A DNA stretch of 64,000 nt from Sulfolobaceae archaeon (GCA_038893355.1 JAWARQ010000004.1:122577-186576); one strand, 5' to 3'; shown: positions 31,695 to 43,443, counted from the stretch's first letter. Numbers and translations are program-made. Notes: generated by a model from the sequence alone, not told the origin.

Positions 31695-33244
31695 TGTATG
31701 ATGTAGTCATAATAGGCGCTGGTCATAACGGTTTGGTAGCTGCATCTTATTTGGCGATGAATGGATTAAAGGTAGGAGTATTTGAACGACGAGAAATTGT
31801 TGGAGGAGCTTGTGTAACAGAAGAGCTATGGCCAGGGATAAAAGTTTCCACTGGAGCTTATGTACTAAGTTTACTTAGACCAAAAATAATAAAGGATCTA
31901 CAGTTGGAAAAATATGGATTAAAAGTTTATATAAAAGATCCTGCATTATTTGTGCCTTTTAATAATAATAAAAAGTTATATATATGGATTAGTACAGAAA
32001 AGACGAAGAAAGAAATAGAGAAATTTTCAAAAAAGGATGCAGTAGCTTATGATAAGTGGGTTAAATTTTGGGATAAATTTTCCGAGATAATAGATTTTTT
32101 AATCTTAAGTAAACCAATAAATGTATCAGAAGCTGAGGATTTACTGAAGTTCTTCAAGGGTTTTAACGTTGATGAAGAATTAGCATTAAGGATGATAAGA
32201 GTTTTCTTTCAAGATGGTAAATCGTTACTAGATGAGTATTTTGAGAGTGATGAAGTAAAATCAGCATTAATAGAGGATGCCGTAGTAGGTACATTTGCAT
32301 CTCCATCGACACCAGGGACTGCCTATGTATTAGCTCACCACGTTATAGGAGAGGTCAATGGTATAAAAGGTGCATGGGGTTATGTTGAGGGTGGTATGGG
32401 TGGAGTTACACAAGCTATGTTAAGGGCTGCTATGAATTTAGGAGTAAAAATTTTTACAAACTCTGAAGTTTTAGAGATAGTAACTGAAGGGAACAAAGTA
32501 GCGGGTATTAAACTTAGTAATGGTAAATTTATAAAAAGTAAAATTGTTATATCTAATGCAGATCCTAAAACAACTTTTCTTAAATTGCTAAAGAATGCAG
32601 AAATTGACGAAGAATTTTTAAGGAGAATAAGGGCTTTAAAGACTAAGGGAGTTTCTTTTAAGATAGTAGGTTATTTAGAAGAGTTACCAGATTTTGGAAA
32701 TGGGAAGTATCTCTCTCCAGAACATATTGCTTCTGAACTTATAATGCCTTCAGTTGAATATATTGAGAAAGCTTATCTGGATGCAAAAGTTTACGGATAT
32801 TCAAAAGAGCCATGGTTATCTATAAATATACAATCTACTGTTGATCCTACTGTAGCCCCTGAAGGAAAGTTCGTATTCTCGATCTTCGGTCAATATTTAC
32901 CTTATAGTAATAAACTTGACGATTTAAAGGAAAAAATTGCAGAAATAACTTTTGAGAAAATTAGGGAATATGCACCTAATTTTAAGCCTATAAAGTATGA
33001 AGTATTAACGCCTTTAGATATAGAAAGAAGGTTCGGAATATGGGAGGGAAATATCTTTCACCTAGATATGACCCCAGACCAACTCTACTTCTTTAGGCCA
33101 TTAGTAGGTTATAGTGATTATAGAACTCCTATTAAGGGATTATATCTCTGTGGTTCTGGTACTCATCCAGGCGGAGGGGTTACTGGAGCCCCTGGCTATA
33201 ATGCTGCAATGCAAGTAATTAGAGACCTTAAAAAACAAGCTTAA
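31694..33244 (+). CDS. Phytoene desaturase-family FAD oxidoreductase (PYROXD2-like)
   Basis: IIGAGHNGLVAA, WGYVEGGMG, GNIFH, YLCGSGTHPGGGVTGAPG.NAA. Confidence 0.88.
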   Translation: MYDVVIIGAGHNGLVAASYLAMNGLKVGVFERREIVGGACVTEELWPGIKVSTGAYVLSLLRPKIIKDLQLEKYGLKVYIKDPALFVPFNNNKKLYIWISTEKTKKEIEKFSKKDAVAYDKWVKFWDKFSEIIDFLILSKPINVSEAEDLLKFFKGFNVDEELALRMIRVFFQDGKSLLDEYFESDEVKSALIEDAVVGTFASPSTPGTAYVLAHHVIGEVNGIKGAWGYVEGGMGGVTQAMLRAAMNLGVKIFTNSEVLEIVTEGNKVAGIKLSNGKFIKSKIVISNADPKTTFLKLLKNAEIDEEFLRRIRALKTKGVSFKIVGYLEELPDFGNGKYLSPEHIASELIMPSVEYIEKAYLDAKVYGYSKEPWLSINIQSTVDPTVAPEGKFVFSIFGQYLPYSNKLDDLKEKIAEITFEKIREYAPNFKPIKYEVLTPLDIERRFGIWEGNIFHLDMTPDQLYFFRPLVGYSDYRTPIKGLYLCGSGTHPGGGVTGAPGYNAAMQVIRDLKKQA

Positions 33245-33270
33245 ATATATTGAAATTGAGATAAAAATTA

Positions 33271-35064
33271 ATGGATTATGTGAATTTAGCACTTCTTATA
33301 TTTGCATTGACAGCTTTAGTATTTGTACTAATGTATTTATTTCGAAGATATACTTCAAAATACTTATCTACTGATAAGACTACTACCGTAGCGCCAGCAG
33401 TTTCGTCTAAGAAGAAGGATAGTGAAAATAAAATAACATGGGATTCCATAGGAGGCTATGAGGATATAAAAAGGGAGATCAGAGAATATATAGAATTTCC
33501 ATTAAAGCATAGGGATTTAGCTAGGAAGTACGGTATAAGGTTACCCAAGGGTATTCTACTATTCGGACCACCAGGCTGTGGTAAAACCTTAATGATGAAG
33601 GCACTAGCTAATGAGGCGAAGATAAATTTCATTTATGTTAACATTAGTGATATAATGAGTAAGTGGTATGGTGAAAGCGAAGCTAGATTAAGAGAATTAT
33701 TTAATAATGCAAGAAAGAATGCACCATGTATACTATTCTTTGATGAAATTGATACTATAGGTGTAAAGAGGGAGAGTCATACTGGAGATTCGGTAACTCC
33801 TAGATTACTTTCCTTAATGTTATCCGAAATGGATGGTTTAACTTCTGAGGATGGTGTAATAATTGTAGGCTCAACCAATGTACCTCACTTATTAGATAAG
33901 GCACTATTAAGGGCTGGAAGACTAGATAAACTGATTTACGTACCACCTCCAGATAAAAAGGCTCGTTTTGAAATTCTGAAAGTTCATTGTAAGGATAAAC
34001 CGTTAGGCGAAGATGTAGATTTAGAAAAGATTGCAGAAATGACTGAAAGATACAGCGGTGCTGATTTAGCAAATATTTGCCAAGAAGTTGCCAGAAAAGT
34101 TGCAATAGAAGCATTGGAGAGTAAGAAAGAAAGAAAAATTACGATGAATGATTTTATGGAGGTAATAAAGAAGTATAAACCAAGTATTAGCCTGCAAATG
34201 CTAGAGGAATTTGAAAAATTTAGACTGGATTATGAAAGAAGATTGAAGGGTAAAGAAGAGGTAAGTGAATTTGAAGATAATATAACTATTTCAGATGTTG
34301 GTGGTTACGACGAAATTAAAAAGGAGTTATTAGAATTACTTGAGGTTCAATTAAAATATTATAAACTAATGGAGAAATTAAAGATCCCACCAATAAAGGG
34401 AATCTTATTATATGGTCCTCCAGGAGTAGGAAAGACTATGCTAGCTAAGGCATTAGCGAGGACGCTAAATGTTAAATTAATTCCGCTAAGTGGTGCTGAG
34501 ATAATGTATAAGGGTTATGAAGGTGCAATAGCTGCGATAAAGGAGGTATTTAATAGGGCAAGAGAAAATAAACCATCAATTATCCTACTGGATGAAATTG
34601 ATGCAATAGCTTCAAAGAGGTCAAATAGGACTGATGCTTCTAAGATCGTAAATCAGTTATTGACAGAAATGGATGGTATTAGAACTTTGAAGGAAGTAGT
34701 TGTTATAGCAACTACTAATAGATTGGAAGCAGTAGATAGGGCATTATTAAGGCCTGGAAGGTTTGATAGAATTATTTACATGCCATTACCAAATAAGGAG
34801 GAAAGAAGGGATATATTTGAAAAGTATCTTGGGAAAGATGTTTGTGAAAGGGTAAATTGCGATAAACTTGCAGAATTAACTGAAGGTTATTCTGGAGCTG
34901 ATATTGCAGCAATTTGCAGGGAAGCAAAAATGATTGTATTAAAGGATATGATAAAGGGTAATAAGGATAGAGAACTAACTGAAGAAGATCTCATGACTGC
35001 ATATAATAAAGTTAGACCATCTGTTAATAAGAAGAAATTAGGGAAAGATCTCTACTTACAATGA
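33271..35064 (+). CDS. Membrane-anchored CDC48-like AAA+ ATPase with two AAA modules
   Basis: N-terminal TM helix; [13 protein letters not shown] and [13 protein letters not shown]; SRH ALLRAGR and ALLRPGRFD. Confidence 0.92.
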   Translation: MDYVNLALLIFALTALVFVLMYLFRRYTSKYLSTDKTTTVAPAVSSKKKDSENKITWDSIGGYEDIKREIREYIEFPLKHRDLARKYGIRLPKGILLFGPPGCGKTLMMKALANEAKINFIYVNISDIMSKWYGESEARLRELFNNARKNAPCILFFDEIDTIGVKRESHTGDSVTPRLLSLMLSEMDGLTSEDGVIIVGSTNVPHLLDKALLRAGRLDKLIYVPPPDKKARFEILKVHCKDKPLGEDVDLEKIAEMTERYSGADLANICQEVARKVAIEALESKKERKITMNDFMEVIKKYKPSISLQMLEEFEKFRLDYERRLKGKEEVSEFEDNITISDVGGYDEIKKELLELLEVQLKYYKLMEKLKIPPIKGILLYGPPGVGKTMLAKALARTLNVKLIPLSGAEIMYKGYEGAIAAIKEVFNRARENKPSIILLDEIDAIASKRSNRTDASKIVNQLLTEMDGIRTLKEVVVIATTNRLEAVDRALLRPGRFDRIIYMPLPNKEERRDIFEKYLGKDVCERVNCDKLAELTEGYSGADIAAICREAKMIVLKDMIKGNKDRELTEEDLMTAYNKVRPSVNKKKLGKDLYLQ

Positions 35065-35812
35065 TTTCTTTTATGTTCTCTACATTGTTAATACTTGATT
35101 TAATCAAGTTCCCTTTAAGATCTAATGCATTTATACCTAACCTTTTGCAGAAATTAACTGCAGCTGCAACGTCTAGGTTTCTTATTCTATTCCTAATATC
35201 TATATAAGCTATAGCGTTTCCTAGACATACATTTATTATATCAAGTGACGCACATCCTAAACTTCTAATCTTTATCCCTCTCCTTCCTTTCAGAATCTTA
35301 CTAATTAATTCTATTTGATCTATATCATAATATACTAAATATAATTTTATATCTTTATCTTTGATTATTCTTTTAGTTAAAATTTTTCCATTTACAAATA
35401 TCTGATCCCGTTCATAAGAATATATAATATCTCTATGAACTTCAGCGACTATTCCAACTTTGCTATTTAAAAAATCTTCAGTTGGATCATATATTGCAAT
35501 TGAAATTGAAGACCATGGTATATTCATAAGAAAATTATTACTTCCATCTAATGGGTCTATAAGGGCTATATAATCATAATTTTCAGTATACTTAACCACT
35601 CCAGATTCTTCTGAGACAAATAAAAATGAATATCCGAGCTCCTTAAGAGAATTTATTATATAATTTTCTGACAATTTATCAATTACTCTTGAAACATCAC
35701 TTCCATGCTTGCCTATAACTTTATATAGCCCCTCTTCTTCAATCCTTTCACTTAATTCCCTTAAATACTTTACAGAATCCCTTGCAACCCTTTCTAACTC
35801 TTTAACCTCCAA
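35024..35812 (-). CDS. Inositol monophosphatase/FBPase family protein
   Basis: [28 protein letters not shown]. Confidence 0.88.
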   Translation of the reverse strand: MEVKELERVARDSVKYLRELSERIEEEGLYKVIGKHGSDVSRVIDKLSENYIINSLKELGYSFLFVSEESGVVKYTENYDYIALIDPLDGSNNFLMNIPWSSISIAIYDPTEDFLNSKVGIVAEVHRDIIYSYERDQIFVNGKILTKRIIKDKDIKLYLVYYDIDQIELISKILKGRRGIKIRSLGCASLDIINVCLGNAIAYIDIRNRIRNLDVAAAVNFCKRLGINALDLKGNLIKSSINNVENIKEIIVSRDLSLISSY

Positions 35813-35815
35813 TCC

Positions 35816-36784
35816 TTACACCTTGTGTTCAGTAACGAACTTATATGCACTATAAGCTGCAATCGCACCTTGCGCCGCTGCTGTAATTATTTGCCTAAAT
35901 CCTTTATTCATATTTGTACAATCCCCAGCAGCAAATAGTCCAGGGATGTTCGTTCTCATCCATTCATCGACTTTAATGTATCCTTGTTCATCCACTTCAA
36001 CTCCAATCTTTTTTGCAAATTCTACATTAGGTTCGAAACCGATTTCTATAAATATTCCATCCACATCTAATTCCTTAATTTCATTAGTTTTAAGATTCTT
36101 TATGACAACTTTCTCCACTTTTTTACTCCCCTTAATCTCAGTGACTACAGAATTTAGTATAATCTCTACATTTGGTTTCTCTTTAACAATTTTCACATAT
36201 ATTGGCTGGGCTCTAAATTGATCTCTTCTATGGATTAAATAAACTTTATTAACATATCTTGATAAGAGCTCTGTACCTTCTAATGCTGAATCTCCTCCAC
36301 CTACAACTGCTACAGCCCTTTTACCCTTAAATAGTGGAGCATCACATATCGAACAATAAGAAACACCCCTTCCTGCAAACTCTGTCTCCCCTGGAACTCC
36401 TAATTTTCTTCTCTTTACACCAATAGTTAGAATTACACTATCAGCATAAAATTCTCCTTTCCTCTTTGTAATAACTTTGAATAAGTTTCCGTCCTTAATT
36501 ATATCAGTTACTGTATCAATAATAATTGGGACATTGTATTTTTCTATATGCTTATTAAATATCCTTATCATATCAACTGCCTGAATTCCAATTAAACCTA
36601 GGTAATCATCGACTTCTCCTGCCTCAGTTAATTGACCTCCTGGAGTTTCTCCGATTACTAAGGTTTTCATCAAGTATCTAGCACTATATAATGCTGCACT
36701 ATACCCTGCTGGACCCAATCCTACGATAATTACATTAAATTTCTCACCCTTCTGTATCTGAGCAGACTTTGGCAGCAGGCTCAT
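35816..36784 (-). CDS. trxB: Thioredoxin reductase
   Basis: [36 protein letters not shown]. Confidence 0.95.
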   Translation of the reverse strand: MSLLPKSAQIQKGEKFNVIIVGLGPAGYSAALYSARYLMKTLVIGETPGGQLTEAGEVDDYLGLIGIQAVDMIRIFNKHIEKYNVPIIIDTVTDIIKDGNLFKVITKRKGEFYADSVILTIGVKRRKLGVPGETEFAGRGVSYCSICDAPLFKGKRAVAVVGGGDSALEGTELLSRYVNKVYLIHRRDQFRAQPIYVKIVKEKPNVEIILNSVVTEIKGSKKVEKVVIKNLKTNEIKELDVDGIFIEIGFEPNVEFAKKIGVEVDEQGYIKVDEWMRTNIPGLFAAGDCTNMNKGFRQIITAAAQGAIAAYSAYKFVTEHKV

Positions 36785-36862
36785 AAGTAATAATAATTTG
36801 TCTAAAACTTAAATAATCTTTTCAGTATCAAGTTTAATTTCTATCATAACATTAATACCCAT

Positions 36863-38383
36863 GTGAAAGTATTATTAGTAACTGGTAAGCTCGCAGCTCC
36901 AATACTTCATAGAGTAGTTAAGGAACTACCACCGACTGTAAAGAGTGATATACTAGTATTAGATTATCCAATTGCAGCGTTAATGAGTGTTAGATATATT
37001 TTAGAGAAATTGAAAAATAAAGAAAATATTAAGGAATATGATTACATCATATTACCTGGCCTAGTTTATGGTGATGCTACTGAAATAGAAGAGAAGTTAA
37101 AAGTTAAGGTAGTGAAAGGGACTGAAGAGGCATATGATTTACCCTTAGTAATAGATGCATTAATTAAGGGAGTTGAATTATCAAAGACAGATCCTGCAGA
37201 TAAGATACTAGGTAAATTAAAGAGTATGAAGATTTCGGAAAAGTTATTAAGGATAGAAAGGAGTGCAAAATATGCATTTGAAGTAAATGGCTTAAAGATT
37301 CCCTTAGTTCCTCCTCCTTTTAGAATCTTTCTAGAGCTTGATTATAAATGGGATCAAGATAGAATTATTGAAGAGGCTAAAAGAGTTAAGAAATATGTCG
37401 ATGTAATAGTGGCAAGCTTTCCTGTTGGTCATAATGATGTTGACGAAGTTAAGAGGAAAATAAAGATTCTTATAGATCAAGGATTTAACGTAGGGATAGA
37501 TTCAGAATCAAGTAAAGAGATAATTGAAGGTGTGAGGAGTGGTGCAAGTTTTGTTTTTAATCTAAATGAGGAGAACATAGAGAAATTATTAGAAATAAAG
37601 AATGATGCGGCATTCATTTTAGCACCTTATAATCCAGAGAAGTCTGATGAGTTAATTCAAAAGATTTATGAAAGAGCAAGAGGTTTAGGATATGAAAAGA
37701 TAATAGTTGACCCTATACTTTCCCCTCCGCTAAAGGGACTTACTAATAGTATTCTACAGTACTTACGATTAAGAAAGATTATAAGAGATGCGCCATTTAT
37801 GATGGGTGCTTTAAATGTTACTGAGCTTATTGATGCAGATAGTATAGGAATAAACTCGTTAATTGTAACAATTGCAGGAGAAATTGGAGTTTCAAACATT
37901 CTTACAATGGAAAAAGGGAAAACAAGATGGAGTTCGTGGGAAATTAAAAAGGCTGCGGAAATGATAAGTATTGCAATATTTGAAAATAAATTTCCAAAGG
38001 ATTTGGGAGTAGACTTACTCTACTTGAAGGATAAGGGTAAGAGAATGAAAGAGTCTGAAATTGATATTAATGGTAATGTGGAGTATGTTAATAACTATGT
38101 TCCGCCAAGCATGGATAAGGGCTTTGTAAAAATATTTCTAAAAGATAAAAAGATTTGTATAAAGTGGTTTGGTAAGGACGAATTGACAGTAATAGGAAAC
38201 GATGCATTAAGTGTTGGCAGAACGCTAATAAGAAGGGTTGGAGATATTTCTAGGGAGCATGCATTATATATAGGCTATGAATTAGCAAAGGCAGAGATTG
38301 CACTTAAGTTAGATAAAGAATACGTGCAAGATAGACCTTTATTTAAGAGTAGGGAAGAATTTGATGAGAGTAGCAATACCTAG
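36863..38383 (+). CDS. Dihydropteroate synthase-like protein (archaeal)
   Basis: MKVLLVTGKLA, DPILSP, NVTELIDADS.G, HALYIG.EL.KAE.AL...K.YVQD. Confidence 0.85.
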   Translation: MKVLLVTGKLAAPILHRVVKELPPTVKSDILVLDYPIAALMSVRYILEKLKNKENIKEYDYIILPGLVYGDATEIEEKLKVKVVKGTEEAYDLPLVIDALIKGVELSKTDPADKILGKLKSMKISEKLLRIERSAKYAFEVNGLKIPLVPPPFRIFLELDYKWDQDRIIEEAKRVKKYVDVIVASFPVGHNDVDEVKRKIKILIDQGFNVGIDSESSKEIIEGVRSGASFVFNLNEENIEKLLEIKNDAAFILAPYNPEKSDELIQKIYERARGLGYEKIIVDPILSPPLKGLTNSILQYLRLRKIIRDAPFMMGALNVTELIDADSIGINSLIVTIAGEIGVSNILTMEKGKTRWSSWEIKKAAEMISIAIFENKFPKDLGVDLLYLKDKGKRMKESEIDINGNVEYVNNYVPPSMDKGFVKIFLKDKKICIKWFGKDELTVIGNDALSVGRTLIRRVGDISREHALYIGYELAKAEIALKLDKEYVQDRPLFKSREEFDESSNT

Positions 38384-38813
38384 TCTTTTAATAGATTCGG
38401 TAGATAACGAATATAAGATTTCAATAGCTTATATTCCACCAATACTTACTTTAGAAAATTCTTCTGGAATTTATAGAGAATTGTTAGAGAAGATATTGAG
38501 CAGGGAGGGAGATGTTAATTTCGAATTCAAGGATAGAATAGTTTACTATTCTTGCATTCTAGGCGGTATAATGATTTACTTAGGTGAAATACCAATTACA
38601 AGATTTGAATATTATGGCTATTTTTACTTAAGTAATGATGGTAAGAACGTGTCTTTAAAGGAATTAATTAAGAGTCTAAAATCTTCAGAAGAAGGTTGTT
38701 ATAAATTTAAGAATAATAGCATATGTTTTACTAGATATAAGTGTAAAGGATGTAGATGGATCGATAATATCGGTGCTAGGATAATTTATTATGGATACTC
38801 TATGAATACGTAA
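38361..38813 (+). CDS. Hypothetical protein
   Basis: Overlaps upstream gene; Cys-containing C-terminus; no family recognised. Confidence 0.6.
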   Translation: MMRVAIPSLLIDSVDNEYKISIAYIPPILTLENSSGIYRELLEKILSREGDVNFEFKDRIVYYSCILGGIMIYLGEIPITRFEYYGYFYLSNDGKNVSLKELIKSLKSSEEGCYKFKNNSICFTRYKCKGCRWIDNIGARIIYYGYSMNT

Positions 38814-39205
38814 GAATCCTTTCCTTCATATAATTTAGCATAAACCTTAAATTTTCCATTAAACGCATTATAAATTTCCTTAACTAATTCCAAAATTATA
38901 TACTCTGCAGTAGGATATGGCGCCTCTATTATTTTAAGCTCTAATGAAAATGGACCCTCAATTTTAGTGTTTTTATAATCTTTTGCTGGTATAATTAATT
39001 TATGATCCCATTTTTTAACTATTTCATTAATAATAACTTTCATTTGCTCAAAGTCAATAATAAATCCATCCTCAGGATTTACATTTCCTTCTAACTCAAC
39101 ACTTAATGAATAAGTGTGCCCATGAATTTGGGCATTATGTGGTGATGAGAGTGTATAATGTGCAGAGTCAAATGTTATCCCTTCTATTCCTACTCTCATT
39201 TTCAT
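38789..39205 (-). CDS. 6-pyruvoyl tetrahydropterin synthase / QueD family protein
   Basis: FDSAH, HGHTY, G.IIDF, WDHKL, PTAE. Confidence 0.88.
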   Translation of the reverse strand: MKMRVGIEGITFDSAHYTLSSPHNAQIHGHTYSLSVELEGNVNPEDGFIIDFEQMKVIINEIVKKWDHKLIIPAKDYKNTKIEGPFSLELKIIEAPYPTAEYIILELVKEIYNAFNGKFKVYAKLYEGKDSYVFIEYP

Positions 39206-39698
39206 TAATTAAAACTCTTGTTATATTCTTATTAAAATGTTCCCATAATGCTTCGGTTAGATACTTAATTTCATTACATAACATTACGAATTCCCTATCT
39301 CTCTTTAATTTCTCTACTTTTTCTAAAATTTTTTTGTAAATAGTAATATCACCCCTCTCGTATATAACCTTATCCTTATAACTTATCTTATCACCTAAAA
39401 TAATTTCCCCCTCACCGTTCTTAATTATATGATAAATTGCATATGATAAAGAATTCATGTTAATTCCACTAATATCGTGAAATCTATCACTTACTTCTCT
39501 AACTAGTACTGAAATATGATAATTTATAAGGTCATAGAGGCTATCTATAACTTCAATTTGCTCCCTTAATCTTTCAATTTGCAGTAATGGTCTAAATTCG
39601 CTATTCTCTAGACAAGTAGTAATACAAGGTATCTCATCCTCTATTACGTCTAACTTAATTCTCGGTTTTACTTCTAAGTACTTTTGAATTAGTTCCAC
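39168..39698 (-). CDS. Hypothetical protein
   Basis: 176-aa ORF overlapping the queD-like gene. Confidence 0.6.
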   Translation of the reverse strand: MELIQKYLEVKPRIKLDVIEDEIPCITTCLENSEFRPLLQIERLREQIEVIDSLYDLINYHISVLVREVSDRFHDISGINMNSLSYAIYHIIKNGEGEIILGDKISYKDKVIYERGDITIYKKILEKVEKLKRDREFVMLCNEIKYLTEALWEHFNKNITRVLINENESRNRRDNI

Positions 39699-39748
39699 AT
39701 GGATTTTTATGAATGTTATTATTTTATTATTTTTCTTACTAATACACC

Positions 39749-40483
39749 TTGATGGAAGTAATGGTAAGAGATTTAAGAAAGAAATTCGGCCAGAAAGAGG
39801 TAATTAGGGGTATGTCATTTGATGTTAATGAGGGTATAGTTTTTGGAATAATCGGACCTAATGGTGCTGGAAAGACTACAATTTTAAGAATTCTTGCAGG
39901 TATCATAACTAGATATGAAGGTCTGGTAAAGATACATGATTTACCACCAGTAAAGGCTAGGATTAAGGGCTTAATATCTTATATGCCAGAAGATGCTTTC
40001 CCTTATGAAAAGCTCACTGGATTAGAAAACCTAAAATTTTTTGCATCACTTTATGCAAGGGGTGATAAAAAACTAGAGGAAGAGTATTTGGAAAATGGTA
40101 TAAAAATTGCAGACTTAGGAGATAAGTTATATGAGAAGACTTCTACTTATAGCAGAGGAATGAAAAGAAGGTTAATGATAGCTCGTACTTTGATGGTTAT
40201 GCCTAAAATAGCGATATTAGATGAACCAACGTCTGCACTTGATGTCGAGGCGTCAGTTAAAGTAAGGGAGATAATTTCTAGAATTCCTAAAACTCTAGGA
40301 AGTACTGTAATAATTTCTTCACATAATATGCTTGAAGTAGAGTATATATGTGATGAGATTATACTAATTAATAATGGGAAGATTGTAGCCAATGGAAGGC
40401 CTAAGGATATTATTAGGAACTTTAATGCTAATAATTTAGAGGAAGTTTTTATAAGAGTTTTATCGAGGGACAAGGTTGCTTAG
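39749..40483 (+). CDS. ABC transporter ATP-binding protein (NatA-like)
   Basis: [27 protein letters not shown]. Confidence 0.92.
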   Translation: MMEVMVRDLRKKFGQKEVIRGMSFDVNEGIVFGIIGPNGAGKTTILRILAGIITRYEGLVKIHDLPPVKARIKGLISYMPEDAFPYEKLTGLENLKFFASLYARGDKKLEEEYLENGIKIADLGDKLYEKTSTYSRGMKRRLMIARTLMVMPKIAILDEPTSALDVEASVKVREIISRIPKTLGSTVIISSHNMLEVEYICDEIILINNGKIVANGRPKDIIRNFNANNLEEVFIRVLSRDKVA

Positions 40484-41663
40484 GAGCATTCTTATAAAGG
40501 AATTACTGGAAATAATAAGGGATAAGAAATTACTAATTGGAACAATAATATTACCATTCTTAATGCTTCCATTAATAGGCGGAATTTTATTTGCATCAAT
40601 ATCTGTGCAAAAGCCCATTATAGAAATTATAAATAATAATCCTAATAATCTACCTTATGTAAATTTTCTTAAGAATTATATAATAAATAACGGCGGTTAT
40701 GTTATAGAGAATGATGATAATAATACCAATCAAACGCCTAGTATAGTAATAATATTTCCAAATGATTTCTATATAAATGCATCAAGCTTAAATAAGCAGA
40801 CTTATATCCTATTAAGGATAGTAATATCTACTAACGAAATAGCCCGCAATATAGTATTTAATGCATTATATTATTTATCCTATAATATTTCTCTCCAAAG
40901 GATTAGTGAAATATCAAAAATGGCTAACTTAAATATTTCTCCCTCATATGTAAGGGATCCATTAGTAGTAGTTTACAATTATTTAACTGCCTCAAATGAA
41001 CCAACTACACAGGCCCAGAATAACTTAGCTAGCTTAGCTAGGGTGATTGCTTTAATATTATTCCCTAGTGCAACACCTGTAGTTTTCTTTACTATAGAAG
41101 GAATTGTGGGTGAAAGAGAGAGAAAGACACTAGAATCCTTACTTTCATCACCAATTTCTCCAATTACTTTCATAACTGCGAAAGTGATTGTTGGAGTTAT
41201 ACTCGGAATAATTTCATCAATAGGTGATTTACTTGGGATATTAATATTTTCATCAATATCGAGTTTGGTTTTAAATTTACAAATTTCACTAACACTATCA
41301 TTTCTAACCCTTGTAGTATTAATATATGTTTCAACAATAATTCTCACTGCATCATTAAGCTTATTACTCTTGTTAATGTTAGGCGGTTCACTTAGAAACA
41401 TTCAATTAATTACGATAATGGTTACAGGGTTTGGAGTTGTTGCGTCTTTTACTGCACTATTTTTAGATTTTAGTAAATTAACATTTCCTGCTAATTTATT
41501 GTTAATTTTACCTTATATGCAGTTAAGTGGAAGTCTGATGTTATATGTATTTGGGTTGCAACAAGAATCCATATTCTATATATCAGTAACATTATTATTT
41601 TCTATACTTCTAATCTATTTAGTATCTAGAAGGTTCGATTCAGAAAGAATTCTTTTAAGATAA
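40476..41663 (+). CDS. ABC-2 permease (NatB-like)
   Basis: [23 protein letters not shown], multiple TM helices. Confidence 0.88.
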   Translation: MLRSILIKELLEIIRDKKLLIGTIILPFLMLPLIGGILFASISVQKPIIEIINNNPNNLPYVNFLKNYIINNGGYVIENDDNNTNQTPSIVIIFPNDFYINASSLNKQTYILLRIVISTNEIARNIVFNALYYLSYNISLQRISEISKMANLNISPSYVRDPLVVVYNYLTASNEPTTQAQNNLASLARVIALILFPSATPVVFFTIEGIVGERERKTLESLLSSPISPITFITAKVIVGVILGIISSIGDLLGILIFSSISSLVLNLQISLTLSFLTLVVLIYVSTIILTASLSLLLLLMLGGSLRNIQLITIMVTGFGVVASFTALFLDFSKLTFPANLLLILPYMQLSGSLMLYVFGLQQESIFYISVTLLFSILLIYLVSRRFDSERILLR

Positions 41664-41694
41664 GACTTATTTTCCACCTTCCCATTTAATAACT

Positions 41695-41922
41695 ATGCCA
41701 GTAAAGGCGTATGTGTTATTGGTAACCGCAATAGGTAGAGAAAGTGAAGTAACTAATGAAATGAAGAAAATACAAGGAGTTAAAGATGCAAATCCAGTTT
41801 ATGGTGAGTATGATGCGGTTGTAGAGGTGGAAGTGAATAGCTTAGATGAGTTAAATAAGGTAGTATCAATTATAAGGAAGAACCCTAATATAATAAGAAC
41901 TGTTACCCTAATAGTTATGTAA
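41695..41922 (+). CDS. Stand-alone Lrp/AsnC ligand-binding (RAM) domain protein
   Basis: AYVLL, VYGEYD, IRTVTLI; no HTH. Confidence 0.88.
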   Translation: MPVKAYVLLVTAIGRESEVTNEMKKIQGVKDANPVYGEYDAVVEVEVNSLDELNKVVSIIRKNPNIIRTVTLIVM

Positions 41923-41936
41923 TTTTTCCTCTAACA

Positions 41937-41995
41937 TTTTCAGATCGCTCCACTTTTCTTCATTATTTTTCAGCTCGTCCCTACCACATCATCCA
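41937..41995 (-). ncRNA. Box C/D guide sRNA
   Basis: Minus strand: C ATGATGT, guide GGTAGGGACGAG, D' CTGA, C' ATGAAGA, guide AAAGTGGAGCGAT, D CTGA; canonical spacing, intergenic. Confidence 0.8.
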
Positions 41996-42077
41996 TTAGT
42001 ACTTTTTTACTATTAATAATTTAAATTCTAATTACTAAATAAGAGAAGAATAGATAAATATCCCGTCACTTTTATTT

Positions 42078-42152
42078 ATCAGAAGGGCACGGGGGACCCA
42101 CCTATGCTCATCTTACCCGGGGACTCCGGGACATTGATCACATAGGCCTAGT
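42078..42152. ncRNA. GC-rich structured element (candidate ncRNA or 3'-UTR hairpin)
   Basis: CCTATG/CATAGG outer stem and CCCGG/CCGGG inner stem in AT-rich intergenic DNA, just 3' of the stop at 42157. Confidence 0.45.
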
Positions 42153-42156
42153 AAAT

Positions 42157-42495
42157 TTATTCCCTCTCCTCTGATTTAAGTATTTCTACCTCTTCTTCCT
42201 CATCTTCCATATTAAGATCTAATCTCTTCAAAATTTCATATAAATAACTTTCAATTCTAGCAACCTTAATATTCAGATACTCAACATCTTCTTCTATTCT
42301 AGCAAATCCCTCTTCTAAATTCCTTACCCTCTCATTAATTTTTTCATTTTCCCCTAATTTATCTTCTAATTCCCCCTCTAATCCCTTCTTTATAAACATC
42401 TTAACTAGGTCAGTTATCTGCATACCCCATTCTTCAGCCTTCCTCCTAAGTTCCTCATACATCTTTTCCGGTAGTGATAAATGTATCGTTGGCAA
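42157..42495 (-). CDS. RHH/CopG-type DNA-binding protein with coiled coil and acidic tail
   Basis: PTIHLSLPEKMYEELRRKAEEWGMQITDLVKMFI RHH pattern; heptad repeats. Confidence 0.8.
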   Translation of the reverse strand: MPTIHLSLPEKMYEELRRKAEEWGMQITDLVKMFIKKGLEGELEDKLGENEKINERVRNLEEGFARIEEDVEYLNIKVARIESYLYEILKRLDLNMEDEEEEVEILKSEERE

Positions 42496-42590
42496 TCTGT
42501 ACAGTCCTCAATAAAAAAATATTGAAATACGTATATTTTAGTCTTTTCATTATGATATTTCTCTTAGAATATTCGTATTGAACTATTAAT

Positions 42591-42620
42591 AGTATTACCA
42601 ATACACATAACATTTAAACG
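42591..42620 (+). promoter_or_regulatory. Putative aCcr1 box (AGTATTAC) next to the TATA box of the aCcr1-like gene
   Basis: AGTATTAC at 42591-42598, TTTAAA at 42613-42618, ATG at 42654. Confidence 0.5.
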
Positions 42621-42653
42621 TATAGTGAGAGATATATTCATTGGGAAATACAG

Positions 42654-42830
42654 ATGAGAGTGGTAACATTTAAGTTGGAAGAAGACCTACTGGAGCTATT
42701 AGATAGATATGCTATTAGATATGGATTAAATAGGTCAGAAGCAATAAGAAAGGCAATAGAAACTCTGGTTAAATCGGAGATGGAGAAGGAGAGAGTTCCA
42801 TTAGCTAAGGTTGAAAAGCTCAGATTATAA
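42654..42830 (+). CDS. aCcr1: RHH cell-cycle regulator, aCcr1 family (58 aa, not in ORF track)
   Basis: [58 protein letters not shown] matches the Sulfolobales aCcr1 pattern as recalled. Confidence 0.85.
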   Translation: MRVVTFKLEEDLLELLDRYAIRYGLNRSEAIRKAIETLVKSEMEKERVPLAKVEKLRL

Positions 42831-43443
42831 GAATAGTTTTATTTTCCAAACTATCTTCTTCTATAGTTTTATTTTCTGCTATCTTTATTATTTTCCAACC
42901 TTTCATGACATTTAGAAAATCTTCTATAGTATCTAATGGCATGTAATGCCCATTTATCCAATAATGAATTGGTAAGACGATCTTAGGGTTTAACTCATCT
43001 ATAATTTCCCTAGCTTCTATATAATTAATTGTAATTACTCCCCCTACTGGTATTGCGAGTAAATCTGGATTCCTTAACCTTTCCCTAAGCTCGTCACTAA
43101 GCTTATGCCCCAAATCGCCTAAATGTACTAACTTTTTACCTTTAGGAGTTATTATTTTATATATAACATTATCTCCTCTTCTCCTACCCTTTTCCTTATC
43201 ATGATAAGTCTTAAACCCAAATATTGTATAGTTATTTATCGAGAAGTTTTCCATAGCTTTAATTTTTACTAATGGCGAACCCTTCGCTATTTGATACGCG
43301 TCATGGTCGTAATGATTATGAGTTATTAGAATAACTTTTGGAGATATTTGTGGTACAGTAAGTCCAATACTTTTACCATCATGAGGATCTATACAAATTA
43401 CTTCATCTATACAAACTAGTGAATGTAAAAAATATTTTATCAT
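42820..43443 (-). CDS. MBL-fold metallohydrolase
   Basis: [30 protein letters not shown]. Confidence 0.9.
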   Translation of the reverse strand: MIKYFLHSLVCIDEVICIDPHDGKSIGLTVPQISPKVILITHNHYDHDAYQIAKGSPLVKIKAMENFSINNYTIFGFKTYHDKEKGRRRGDNVIYKIITPKGKKLVHLGDLGHKLSDELRERLRNPDLLAIPVGGVITINYIEAREIIDELNPKIVLPIHYWINGHYMPLDTIEDFLNVMKGWKIIKIAENKTIEEDSLENKTILII

